Shown: in pieces, positions 39,875 through 48,819 of the stretch
How positions within the stretch are numbered: the first letter of the stretch is position 1
Layout of the letters: every line of letters begins with the position of its first letter
Source of the DNA: Bacillota bacterium
GTDB lineage: Bacteria; Bacillota; Clostridia; Oscillospirales; Ruminococcaceae
Direction: 5' to 3'
NCBI GenBank assembly: GCA_029572815.1
Contig: JAKPUQ010000060.1
Location: forward strand, 13,274-77,273
DNA: 64,000 bases
Notes under the pieces: model-generated
Seen by the model: only the letters and a program-made list of their open reading frames with translations
Told to the model about the DNA's origin: nothing
Databases searched by the model: none
Made by a program: the position numbers and the translations under genes

Positions 39875-41131
39875 TTACTTATAAAGAGGGAACTTCTCGC
39901 AGATAGCGTTTACGCCTGCACGGATCTCATCAGCCTTGTTCTCGAAATCTGTAGCGCAGAGGTAGATGTACTCAGCGATCTTTTCCATTTCCTCAACACC
40001 GAGGCCTCTTGTTGTAACAGCAGGAGTACCGATTCTGATACCGCTTGTTACGAAGGGCTTCTCAGGGTCATTGTGGATAGCATTCTTGTTTACTGTGATG
40101 TAAACCTCGTCCAGTCTGTGCTCAAGCTCCTTACCTGTGATGTTGAAGGGACGGAGGTCAACCAGCATGAGGTGGTTGTCTGTACCGCCGGAAACGAGGT
40201 TGAAGCCTCTCTTGAGGAGACCGTCAGCCAGAGCCTTGGCATTTGCAACTATTCTCTGCTGATATTCCTTGAACTCTGGCTTGAGAGCCTCGCCGAAGCA
40301 TACAGCCTTAGCAGCAATAGTGTGCATAAGAGGACCGCCCTGTGTTCCGGGGAATATAGCAGAATTGATCTTCTTAGCCAGGAACTCGTTGTTTGTAAGG
40401 ATAAGTCCGCCTCTTGGACCGCGGAGAGTCTTGTGAGTTGTAGTAGTGACAATATCAGCATAGAGAACAGGGGACTCATGACAGCCTGCTGCAACGAGAC
40501 CTGCGATATGAGCCATATCTACCATAAGGAGTGCGCCGACTGCTCTTGCTATCTCGGAAAGACGCTTGAAGTCGATAGCGCGGGGATATGCAGAAGCACC
40601 TGCAACGATAAGACGGGGCTTAGTCTTGTTTGCAAGCTTGTAAAGCTCATCATAGTTGATAGTCTCTGTCTCGTCGTCAAGACCGTATGAAACAAAGTTG
40701 AAGTACTTACCGGAAAGGTTTACGGGTGAACCGTGTGTAAGATGACCGCCGTCAGCAAGGCTCATACCGAGAACAGTGTCACCGGGCTGAAGAACTGCAA
40801 AGTAAACAGCTGTATTAGCCTGAGCACCTGAATGGGGCTGAACGTTAGCATATTTAGCACCGAAGAGCTTGCAGGCTCTCTCGATAGCGATTTCCTCTAC
40901 CTCGTCAACGCACTGACATCCGCCGTAGTAACGCTTTCCGGGATATCCCTCAGCATATTTGTTTGTAAGAACGCTTCCCATAGCAGCCATAACAGCAGGG
41001 GAAACGATATTTTCGCTTGCGATGAGCTCGAGATTTCTCTGCTGGCGAGCAAGCTCCTTGCCCATAGCCTCGCCTACAGCAGGATCATAGCCTTTAACGA
41101 AGCCGATTGAATCCATAAGATCGTTGTACAT
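39875..41131 (-). CDS. glyA: Serine hydroxymethyltransferase
   Basis: [24 protein letters not shown] Lys in [22 protein letters not shown]. Confidence 0.97.
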   Translation of the reverse strand: MYNDLMDSIGFVKGYDPAVGEAMGKELARQQRNLELIASENIVSPAVMAAMGSVLTNKYAEGYPGKRYYGGCQCVDEVEEIAIERACKLFGAKYANVQPHSGAQANTAVYFAVLQPGDTVLGMSLADGGHLTHGSPVNLSGKYFNFVSYGLDDETETINYDELYKLANKTKPRLIVAGASAYPRAIDFKRLSEIARAVGALLMVDMAHIAGLVAAGCHESPVLYADIVTTTTHKTLRGPRGGLILTNNEFLAKKINSAIFPGTQGGPLMHTIAAKAVCFGEALKPEFKEYQQRIVANAKALADGLLKRGFNLVSGGTDNHLMLVDLRPFNITGKELEHRLDEVYITVNKNAIHNDPEKPFVTSGIRIGTPAVTTRGLGVEEMEKIAEYIYLCATDFENKADEIRAGVNAICEKFPLYK

Positions 41132-41181
41132 TATAAGCACTCCTTTAAAATAGTGAATTTGCGCAAATGCATTACTTTATA

Positions 41182-41210
41182 ATTATACATTAACTTTCCT
41201 GAAATTTCAA
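41182..41210 (-). promoter_or_regulatory. glyA promoter
   Basis: On the minus strand: TTGAAA-17 nt-TATAAT with an extended TG. Confidence 0.7.
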
Positions 41211-41274
41211 TAGGAAAACAGAAAAAAGTTTACAAACAGCAAAAAAACTGCCTGTCAGTACTTTTTTGCGAAAG

Positions 41275-41946
41275 TCAGGCAGTCTTATTCCGTTTTTTCA
41301 GTTTCTTCATTATGCGCAGAGATGCTTCAATGTGCATTATCCAGTGTCTTGAAAACGGCATTTGTATAAGTCCGCGTATATCCTTGCTGCACCAGTAATC
41401 GATAAGCCAGACAGCATTTTCGTCAGTACTTACAGTATTAAGCGAAATAAGAAGGTCTTTCTGTTCGGGAGATATTTTATTTTTCAGCATATCAAAGGGG
41501 AGTTTTGACAATACAGACTCTGTGCTCTTCTTTACTTCAACGATGTATGTATATAGTTCATCAATATTGAGTTGTGCAGAGAAATCGGCAATATCCTGAC
41601 CGACAAGTTCATTACCTGTTGTTATTATCGGAGAATTGATACGTTTCTTGTAGTTTCCTTGAAAAAATATCTGCTCATCACCATTTATAAGAGTGTGAGC
41701 TGCTATATCTTCGATACGGAATATATGCCAGAGGGAATAGGCGATAGTTTTACTGTGGTATCCCTCTGCATTAATAAACGGGATAGCATTGAAGTCCTCG
41801 CGTTCCAATTCATCTTTGAACGAAAGTACAGTCTCCATAAGATCTTTTCTGAGTTTAAACAGTGCACCTATTCCGTCATTATATGTATCCTTTTTCCTGA
41901 GAAATGACTGCATGGATTTGTTAAGCTCTGACCATTCTTTGTTCAT
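41275..41946 (-). CDS. DinB/YfiT-like helical protein
   Basis: KTIAYSLWHIFRIED and a C-terminal H---H pattern typical of the DinB superfamily. Confidence 0.55.
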   Translation of the reverse strand: MNKEWSELNKSMQSFLRKKDTYNDGIGALFKLRKDLMETVLSFKDELEREDFNAIPFINAEGYHSKTIAYSLWHIFRIEDIAAHTLINGDEQIFFQGNYKKRINSPIITTGNELVGQDIADFSAQLNIDELYTYIVEVKKSTESVLSKLPFDMLKNKISPEQKDLLISLNTVSTDENAVWLIDYWCSKDIRGLIQMPFSRHWIMHIEASLRIMKKLKKRNKTA

Positions 41947-41963
41947 AGATACATACCTCTGTA

Positions 41964-42920
41964 TTATTTTGCACCGAGTATCTTATCGTAATCGAAGAAG
42001 TACTCCCAGTCTATAGCTTCTGTAGCTGTTGATGAAACCGCATAATATTTAAGTATTTGTGAAGCATCACGGGCGTCCAGTTTGCCGTCCATATTAACAT
42101 CGGAATGCTTCAAGAGCTTTTCATCTGGTTTGAAGTCCTTTGTTGCTGCCATTTTTGCATAAGCCGCCAGAACCTGGGAAGCGTCTGTGGAATTAATGCT
42201 TCCATCCTCATTCACATCACCGAGATCTCTGTGACAGATGATATCGAAGGTGCAGAGCGCTTTTTGATCTCCGCGGGGATAGACAGTTATCTTAGCGCTG
42301 TCTCCACCGGCAAAAGCTTCCTTCAGCGTAGCGGGCTGGGCGATGCAGCTTGCCGAAATGTCTACTATGCTTTCCTCGGTAATAAATTTGCCGCTGCTGT
42401 CCTTTTTTGGCGTCTGAACAGTCATCTGTATAGAAGCCTCGAGACCTTTCAGCGAAACATTGCCCTTTGTTGAAAAGTATCGCTTTTTCTCAGGCGGCTT
42501 GCTGAAAGTAATGTGGGCTGTTTTGGAGAGCGCGTGGATAGTATAGTCCTTATCAGCAAAATCCGGCTTGATATCCCATGCACAGAAGTCCTGTTCAGTA
42601 AACTCATCAATATGTTTGTGCAGGGAACTCATATTAATTTCCGTGTAATCAATGGGGTCGCCTTCTTCAACTTCAAGAACAGTGAGAGGTTTATTGTCAA
42701 AATCAAGAAAAGTTATATGGTATTTCTTTAATGTGGTAGGTTCAGTAGTAGGTTTTGAAGTATTCTCGCCGATAGTAGAGGAGTCTGCTGAAGCTGCTGC
42801 TTCGGGAGAGGTATCAGCAGACTTATCGCTGTTGCTGTCAGCAGCAGCAGAGACAGCGACGGCTGCTCCTGAGAGAAGCAGTGCGGATATAAATGCAGAG
42901 ATCGAACGTTTTAACATCAT
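41964..42920 (-). CDS. Secreted type-I dockerin protein with no recognisable catalytic domain
   Basis: Signal peptide, Ser/Thr-rich linker, small beta-rich modules, and a duplicated Ca-binding repeat DVNEDGSINSTDASQVL / DVNMDGKLDARDASQIL. Confidence 0.9.
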   Translation of the reverse strand: MMLKRSISAFISALLLSGAAVAVSAAADSNSDKSADTSPEAAASADSSTIGENTSKPTTEPTTLKKYHITFLDFDNKPLTVLEVEEGDPIDYTEINMSSLHKHIDEFTEQDFCAWDIKPDFADKDYTIHALSKTAHITFSKPPEKKRYFSTKGNVSLKGLEASIQMTVQTPKKDSSGKFITEESIVDISASCIAQPATLKEAFAGGDSAKITVYPRGDQKALCTFDIICHRDLGDVNEDGSINSTDASQVLAAYAKMAATKDFKPDEKLLKHSDVNMDGKLDARDASQILKYYAVSSTATEAIDWEYFFDYDKILGAK

Positions 42921-42928
42921 ATTTACAC

Positions 42929-43213
42929 CTAACCGTTTCCTATACAGAATAATCTGCAGAATTTTGAAAGCCTTTCGCATACTCTGGCGTAGTGCTCCAG
43001 AGTTAGTCGTTTAAGCATGAAGTTTGCATATATGAATTTCTGAGTATCAGGATCAAAGGCGTATATTGCATAAAGTATTACCTCATCATCGCCAAGATCC
43101 TTGGCAGCTTCCTCTGCCATTTCACGGTATTCATCAAATCTTTCTTCAATATCCTCGAGTCTGTAAAACCCGTGATAGATAAAATCAATATAGAGGTCGA
43201 TATCGAAATCCAT
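42929..43213 (-). CDS. Hypothetical acidic protein (94 aa)
   Basis: AGGAG RBS; fits between its neighbours with 8-17 nt gaps. Confidence 0.7.
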   Translation of the reverse strand: MDFDIDLYIDFIYHGFYRLEDIEERFDEYREMAEEAAKDLGDDEVILYAIYAFDPDTQKFIYANFMLKRLTLEHYARVCERLSKFCRLFCIGNG

Positions 43214-43230
43214 AATACTCAGCTCCTGTA

Positions 43231-43491
43231 TTATTCTTCGTGCTCCTTATCTGAGGATGCCTCTGTCGGATAACTTGTTTTTTTCTTTCTTACTTTGAAT
43301 GTGATAAACGCCGTGCAGGCAGCTGTAATAATAAAGATGGCTATCATTATAACAGCGGTAGTCCCTTTTGAGATACTGCCGCTTTTTTCTGACTGAGCTG
43401 CAAAAGAGTTTTCGTTTAACAAGAATAATGATGAGAATGCAAAAATAGCAGACATAAAAGCAGAAAGAATATGATTTGAATACTTTTTCAT
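43231..43491 (-). CDS. Hypothetical small membrane protein (signal peptide, one TM, basic stop-transfer)
   Basis: AAGGAG RBS; hydrophobic N-terminus; TM followed by KVRKKK. Confidence 0.7.
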   Translation of the reverse strand: MKKYSNHILSAFMSAIFAFSSLFLLNENSFAAQSEKSGSISKGTTAVIMIAIFIITAACTAFITFKVRKKKTSYPTEASSDKEHEE

Positions 43492-43656
43492 TATACCAGC
43501 TCCTTACAGACGTTAACTCATCAAGAATATTATATCATATTAATCATTTTTTGTCCATAGAGAGAATAATAATAAAAAAGTTAGGAGAAGAAACGGCGTA
43601 AAATAGGGGAATTCAGAGCTGTATTAAAAAAATCCGAATTTTTTTTCAAAAAACCC

Positions 43657-43685
43657 TTGACAAACTGATTTTTGAGTGATATAAT
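43657..43685 (+). promoter_or_regulatory. tRNA promoter
   Basis: Consensus TTGACA-17 nt-TATAAT with an extended TG and an A/T-rich upstream element. Confidence 0.85.
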
Positions 43686-43717
43686 ATATATCGTTGATTG
43701 CGGTGAGCAAAAATCGT

Positions 43718-43793
43718 CTGGGTGTGGCGCAGTTGGTAGCGCGCTACCTTGGGGTGGTAGAGGCCGTGGGTTCAAGTCCCGTCACTCAGACCA
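43718..43793 (+). tRNA. tRNA-Pro(GGG)
   Basis: Acceptor stem CTGGGTG/CACTCAG, D arm GCGCAGTTGGTAGCGC, anticodon arm CTACC-TTGGGGT-GGTAG, T loop GTTCAAGTC, encoded CCA. Confidence 0.96.
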
Positions 43794-43815
43794 GATGCAA
43801 TCAGCATTACCCCAG

Positions 43816-43849
43816 AAATCCGATACTCGTTTGAGTATCGGATTTTTTT
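43816..43849 (+). terminator. tRNA terminator
   Basis: AAATCCGATACTC/GAGTATCGGATTT followed by a T run. Confidence 0.85.
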
Positions 43850-43924
43850 ATACATTGACTATTATATTATAATATGTTATAATAAATTCAGAAAACTGGC
43901 TTTGCCATGATCAAGGAGGAGTTT

Positions 43925-45157
43925 ATGATAGATCGCGATAAGGCATTTCGTATTCTGTCGGATATTGGTCAGGAGCATATATTGAAGTACTATGACGAAC
44001 TGAATGATGATGAGAAAAAGGATCTGCTTGATCAGATAGAGATAACTGATTTTTCTGTCCTCGAAAATCTTGATGCTGAAAAAAACAGCAATTCAGTACG
44101 CGGCACGTTTGAACCTCTCGGTGCTGTTACTATAAAGGATATTGCCTCTGAAAGCGAAAAATATAATTCGATAGGTACAGATGCGATAAAAAACGGAAAA
44201 GTTGCTGCCGTTCTTCTTGCAGGAGGACAGGGCACAAGACTTGGTTTTGATAAACCTAAGGGTATGTTCAATATTGGTGTGGATAAGGAACTCTTTATCT
44301 TCCAGTGTCTCATCAATAATCTTATGGATGTAGTTAAGCTTGCAGGTGCATGGGTCCCTCTCTATGTCATGACCAGCGAGAAGAACAATAAGGAAACCAG
44401 AGAATTTTTCGAGGAAAAGAATTATTTTGGGTATGATCCTTCTTATGTAAGATTTTTCATTCAGGATATGGCGCCCTCTGTCGATATGAGCGGAAAGGTG
44501 CTTATGGAGAGCCGTTCAAAGATCTCGCTTTCTCCTAATGGAAACGGAGGCTGGTTCTCGTCCCTTGTGAGAGCGGGGCTTCTTGATGAAATAAAGGACA
44601 GGGGAGTTGAATGGATAAACGTCTTTGCCGTGGATAATGTTCTCCAAAGAATAGCTGACCCCGGCTTTATCGGAGCGGTTATTGACTCAGGGCTTCAGTC
44701 CGGAGGAAAGGTTGTAAGCAAGGCTTCTCCTGATGAGCGTGTAGGCGTACTTTGTCTCGAGGATGGCAGGCCTTCGATAGTAGAATACTATGAGATGACT
44801 GAGGAGATGCGTACTCTCGTTGATGATGAGGGTGAACTGGCATATAAATACGGCGTTATACTTAATTATTTGTTTAGTGTGGACAAGCTTGAGGAGATAT
44901 GTGATCGTAAAATGCCTGTTCATGTTGTAGAGAAAAAGATACCCTTCATGGATGACAACGGCAATCTTGTAAAGCCTGAGTCTCCTAACGGTCATAAATT
45001 TGAAACTCTCGTGCTGGATATGGTACATATGCAGGACAGCTGCCTTGCGTATGAGGTAGTACGTGAAAAGGAGTTTGCACCTGTTAAGAATGCTGTTGGC
45101 GTTGACTCTGTCGAGTCAGCGAGAGAGCTTTTAAAGGCAAACGGAATTAAAATATGA
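43925..45157 (+). CDS. UDPGP-family nucleotidyltransferase (UAP1/USP-like UDP-sugar pyrophosphorylase)
   Basis: LAGGQGTRLG--PKG, SPNGNGG, VDNVL, VEYYE, KFETLVLD, EFAPVKN. Confidence 0.88.
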   Translation: MIDRDKAFRILSDIGQEHILKYYDELNDDEKKDLLDQIEITDFSVLENLDAEKNSNSVRGTFEPLGAVTIKDIASESEKYNSIGTDAIKNGKVAAVLLAGGQGTRLGFDKPKGMFNIGVDKELFIFQCLINNLMDVVKLAGAWVPLYVMTSEKNNKETREFFEEKNYFGYDPSYVRFFIQDMAPSVDMSGKVLMESRSKISLSPNGNGGWFSSLVRAGLLDEIKDRGVEWINVFAVDNVLQRIADPGFIGAVIDSGLQSGGKVVSKASPDERVGVLCLEDGRPSIVEYYEMTEEMRTLVDDEGELAYKYGVILNYLFSVDKLEEICDRKMPVHVVEKKIPFMDDNGNLVKPESPNGHKFETLVLDMVHMQDSCLAYEVVREKEFAPVKNAVGVDSVESARELLKANGIKI

Positions 45158-45232
45158 TGATACAGCGACACTCTCTTTTGGGGAGTGTCGCTGTGCGTAT
45201 GATCATTTCAGCGATCGGATGGAAACAAACAC

Positions 45233-46964
45233 ATGAAGAAATTACTTAAATACCTCAAAAATTATAAGAAGGAACTTGTTCTCGGACCTTTTTTCAAGCT
45301 TCTGGAAGCTGTTTTTGAGCTTATAGTGCCTGTTGTCATGGCAAGGATAATCGATAATGGCATCGGCAATAACGATACTGCTTACATTATAAAGATGAGC
45401 GGACTTATTGTTGTTCTCGGTGCCAGCGGGCTCTGTTTCGCCCTGACCTGTCAGTATTTTGCGGCAAAGTGTGCATACGGATTTGGCACTGAGCTCAGGG
45501 CTGACCTGTACAGGCATATCAATTCGCTCTCATATGAAAGTATAGACAAGATAGGAACATCATCCCTTGTAAACAGGCTCACCAATGACACAAATACGGT
45601 TCAGAATGGTGTGAATATGTTTATCAGACTTGCTGTAAGAGCTCCTTTCCTTGTTATCGGTGCTGCTGTTATGGCAGTGACTATCGATCTTAAGCTTTCA
45701 CTTGTTTTCTTCGTTGTTGCGCCTCTGATCTCACTTGTTATTTTTTTATAATGAAAAAAATGTTGCGATGTACAAAAAAACTCAGCAGTGTCTTGACAGA
45801 GCTTCGCTTCTTACCAGTGAAAGTCTTGAAGGCGCAAGAGTCATCAGAGCTTTTTCTCGTCAGAATGAGGAGATCGATGAATTCAAGGAAGCCGTTGATG
45901 ATATATCCGAAAATTCCATAGCTGTCGGAAAAATATCTGCCATTCTTAATCCGGTTGCATTCATGGTTATGAATCTGGGGATTGTTGCTGTTATCTGGTT
46001 CGGCGGAAAGAGGGTAGATGTCGGCAGACTCACACAGGGTGAGCTTACGGCTTTTACCAATTATATGACACAGATACTGCTTGCGCTGGTGGTTCTGGCT
46101 AATCTTATCGTGATATTTACAAAGGCTTTTGCCTCTGCAAACAGGATAAGTGAAGTATTTTCGCTCCTTCCTGAGGAGAACGGTACAGTTTGTGAGATAA
46201 AAGATGAGAAAAAAGCGATTATCGAATTCAGCAGCGTGTCATTTGCATATGCTGGTGCAGGAGATTATTCTCTGAGGAATATAAGTTTTTCTGTTATGGG
46301 GGGACAGATGCTTGGCATCATAGGCGGTACAGGCTGCGGCAAATCGACTCTTGCTAACCTGATCCCCTGTTTCTACAGAGCGACAGAAGGAGCAGTAAAT
46401 GTTTTCGGGGTCAATGTAAATGATATTGACAATGAGCAGCTCAGACGCAGGATAGGTATAGTTCCTCAAAAGGCCACCTTGTTTACAGGTACTATCCGCG
46501 AAAATATGAGGTGGCGTAAGTCGGATGCTACCGATGATGAGATAATTTCAGCCTTGAAGACTGCACAGGCGTGGGACTTCGTCAGCAATAGTCCTGATGG
46601 CCTTGATACTGTTATATCCCAGGGCGGCAAAAATCTCTCAGGCGGTCAGAAACAGCGTATTTCCATTGCAAGAGCTCTTGTAGGAAGCCCTGATATCGTA
46701 ATTCTTGATGATTCAACAAGCGCTCTGGATTATAAGACGGATCTTGCTTTCAGACGCGCACTGAGCGAGGACCTTCCTGATACAACTGTTGTAATGATCT
46801 CGCAGAGGACAACTTCTCTTAAGAATGCCGACAAGATCATTGTTATGGACGAAGGAGAGGCGGTTGGTATAGGTACTCATGAAGAGCTTGTACGAAACTG
46901 CGATGTCTATAATGAGATATACAGGTCACAGATGAACGAAAAAGGAGGCAGTACGGATGCTTAA
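45233..46964 (+). pseudogene. Heterodimeric ABC exporter subunit split by a frameshift near 45741-45760 (probably an assembly homopolymer error)
   Basis: The TMD begins in ORF 45233-45751 and continues in ORF 45735-46964, which has GGTGCGKST, LSGGQKQR and LDD. The break lies in adjacent T7 and A7 runs. Confidence 0.85.
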
Positions 46965-48696
46965 AACATTAAAGAGAGTCTTTTCCTATGCTGCTCCGTA
47001 TATGAGATACTTTGTAATGACACTGGCTTTTGCAGCGCTTGGTGTATCGCTTTCGCTGGCTGTACCTGTATTTATCGGAGAAGCTGTTGACTGCTGTATC
47101 GGAAAAGGAAATGTAGATTTTCACAAGCTTGGCATTATCATAGTCCTTCTTGCCTCTATGGTGATTGCGAGCACACTCTTTCAATGGCTCATGATCCTTT
47201 GCACAAATAAGCTTTCTTTTCTGACTATCCGTGATCTCAGATCGGATATTTTCTGCAAGCTTGAACGGGTTCCGCTCAGATATATCGACGGTCATACAAA
47301 GGGCGAGCTTACAAGCCGTGTTATCAATGACATTGAGATCATTTCCGACGGTCTGCTCCAGGGCTTTACCCAGTTTTTCAGCGGTATTATCACAATCATC
47401 GGAACTCTTATTTTCATGATGGTGATCAATTTCAGGATAGCCATTGTAGTTGTCATACTGACCCCTCTTTCATTTATTGCGGCGTCGAAGATCACGAAGG
47501 CATCGCATGATTCCTATATGAAGCAGTCAAGACTGCGGGGAGAGATGGTCGGACTTGCCGAGGAAATGGCTGGAAATCAGAAGATCGTAAAGGCTTTCGT
47601 TTATGATAAGAGAGCAGAGGCGCGTTTTGATGAAATAAATGCTGCATACGGCAAGATCGGTGCAAAGGCAACGTTTTTCAGCTCAATGACAAATCCTACC
47701 ACGAGATTTGTCAACGGACTTATCTATGCAGCCGTCGGGCTCCTCGGAGCACTTGGTGTAGTAGGAAAGTTCCCGATAATAGGCGCTATGACAGTAGGAA
47801 AGCTGTCAAGCTTTCTGGCTTACTCCAACCAGTATACCAAGCCTTTCAACGAGATATCAGGTGTTTTTGCTGAGCTTCAGAACGCTGTAGCTTCTGCGGA
47901 ACGAGTGTTTGCTGTGCTTGACGAGAACGAAGTACCCGATGATTCTGATAAAGATGTTCTTGAAAGTTGTGACGGAACACTTAGCTTTTCAGACGTTTTC
48001 TTCTCTTATTCACCGGATACAAAGCTAATTGAAAACTTCAGCCTTGATGTAAAAAGCGGACAGCGTGTGGCTATTGTCGGACCTACGGGCTGCGGCAAAT
48101 CTACTATCATTAATCTGCTGCTGCGCTTTTACGATATTGACAGCGGAAAAATAGAACTTTCGGGCAAAGATATAAACCGTATTACCCGTGACAGCCTTAG
48201 AAGCTGCTTTGGAATGGTACTTCAGGAAACCTGGGTATTTACGGGAACTGTTGCAGAAAACATAGCATACGGCGCCCCTGATGCTACACGGGAACAGATC
48301 ATCGAGGCGGCTAAGTCGGTTTACGCTCACGGATTCATAAAGAGACTGCCGAACGGATATGATACTGTTATAAGCGAAGACTGTGGATTGTCGCAGGGAC
48401 AGAAACAGCTTATCTGCATAGCAAGGATAATGCTTATGGATCCGCCCATGCTCATACTTGACGAGGCTACCAGCTCCATAGATCTGCGTACAGAGCTGCG
48501 GATTCAGAGAGCTTTTGCAAAGCTGATGGAGGGAAGGACAAGCTTCGTTATCGCGCACAGACTGTCTACAATAAAGAATTCTGATATTATACTCGTTATG
48601 AAGCACGGAAACATAATCGAACAGGGGGATCATGAGCAGCTCCTTGCAAAAGGAGGCTTCTATGCCGAACTTTACAACAGCCAGTTTGCATCGTGA
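46957..48696 (+). CDS. Heterodimeric ABC exporter subunit (TMD-NBD)
   Basis: GPTGCGKST, LSQGQKQL, ILDEATS, IAHRLST. Confidence 0.93.
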   Translation: MLKTLKRVFSYAAPYMRYFVMTLAFAALGVSLSLAVPVFIGEAVDCCIGKGNVDFHKLGIIIVLLASMVIASTLFQWLMILCTNKLSFLTIRDLRSDIFCKLERVPLRYIDGHTKGELTSRVINDIEIISDGLLQGFTQFFSGIITIIGTLIFMMVINFRIAIVVVILTPLSFIAASKITKASHDSYMKQSRLRGEMVGLAEEMAGNQKIVKAFVYDKRAEARFDEINAAYGKIGAKATFFSSMTNPTTRFVNGLIYAAVGLLGALGVVGKFPIIGAMTVGKLSSFLAYSNQYTKPFNEISGVFAELQNAVASAERVFAVLDENEVPDDSDKDVLESCDGTLSFSDVFFSYSPDTKLIENFSLDVKSGQRVAIVGPTGCGKSTIINLLLRFYDIDSGKIELSGKDINRITRDSLRSCFGMVLQETWVFTGTVAENIAYGAPDATREQIIEAAKSVYAHGFIKRLPNGYDTVISEDCGLSQGQKQLICIARIMLMDPPMLILDEATSSIDLRTELRIQRAFAKLMEGRTSFVIAHRLSTIKNSDIILVMKHGNIIEQGDHEQLLAKGGFYAELYNSQFAS

Positions 48697-48699
48697 TAG

Positions 48700-48723
48700 A
48701 AAGGCTTCTTCGGAAGCCTTTTT
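48700..48723 (+). terminator. Intrinsic terminator
   Basis: AAAGGCTTC-TTCG-GAAGCCTTT followed by TT. Confidence 0.8.
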
Positions 48724-48752
48724 ACTTATACCAAATTTACTTTGTTTAATTC

Positions 48753-48781
48753 TTGACAAACTGAATGAAATGTTGTACAAT
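48753..48781 (+). promoter_or_regulatory. Aconitase operon promoter
   Basis: TTGACA-17 nt-TACAAT with an extended TG. Confidence 0.75.
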
Positions 48782-48819
48782 TAGAATGTATTCTTATGTA
48801 TTGAAAGGAATGATCTTCA

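Noticed and set aside
41132-41274. ZTP or glycine riboswitch ahead of glyA
   Set aside because: The promoter is only about 50 nt from the start codon and no aptamer motifs are present.
43718-43793. tRNA-Pro as the integration site of a genomic island
   Set aside because: I saw no integrase and no duplicate of the tRNA 3' end in the window (checked by eye). The tRNA has its own promoter and terminator.
45162-45194. Perfect hairpin after the UDP-sugar pyrophosphorylase gene as a repeat element or ncRNA
   Set aside because: Only one copy seen, right after a stop codon; most simply a weak terminator or stabiliser.
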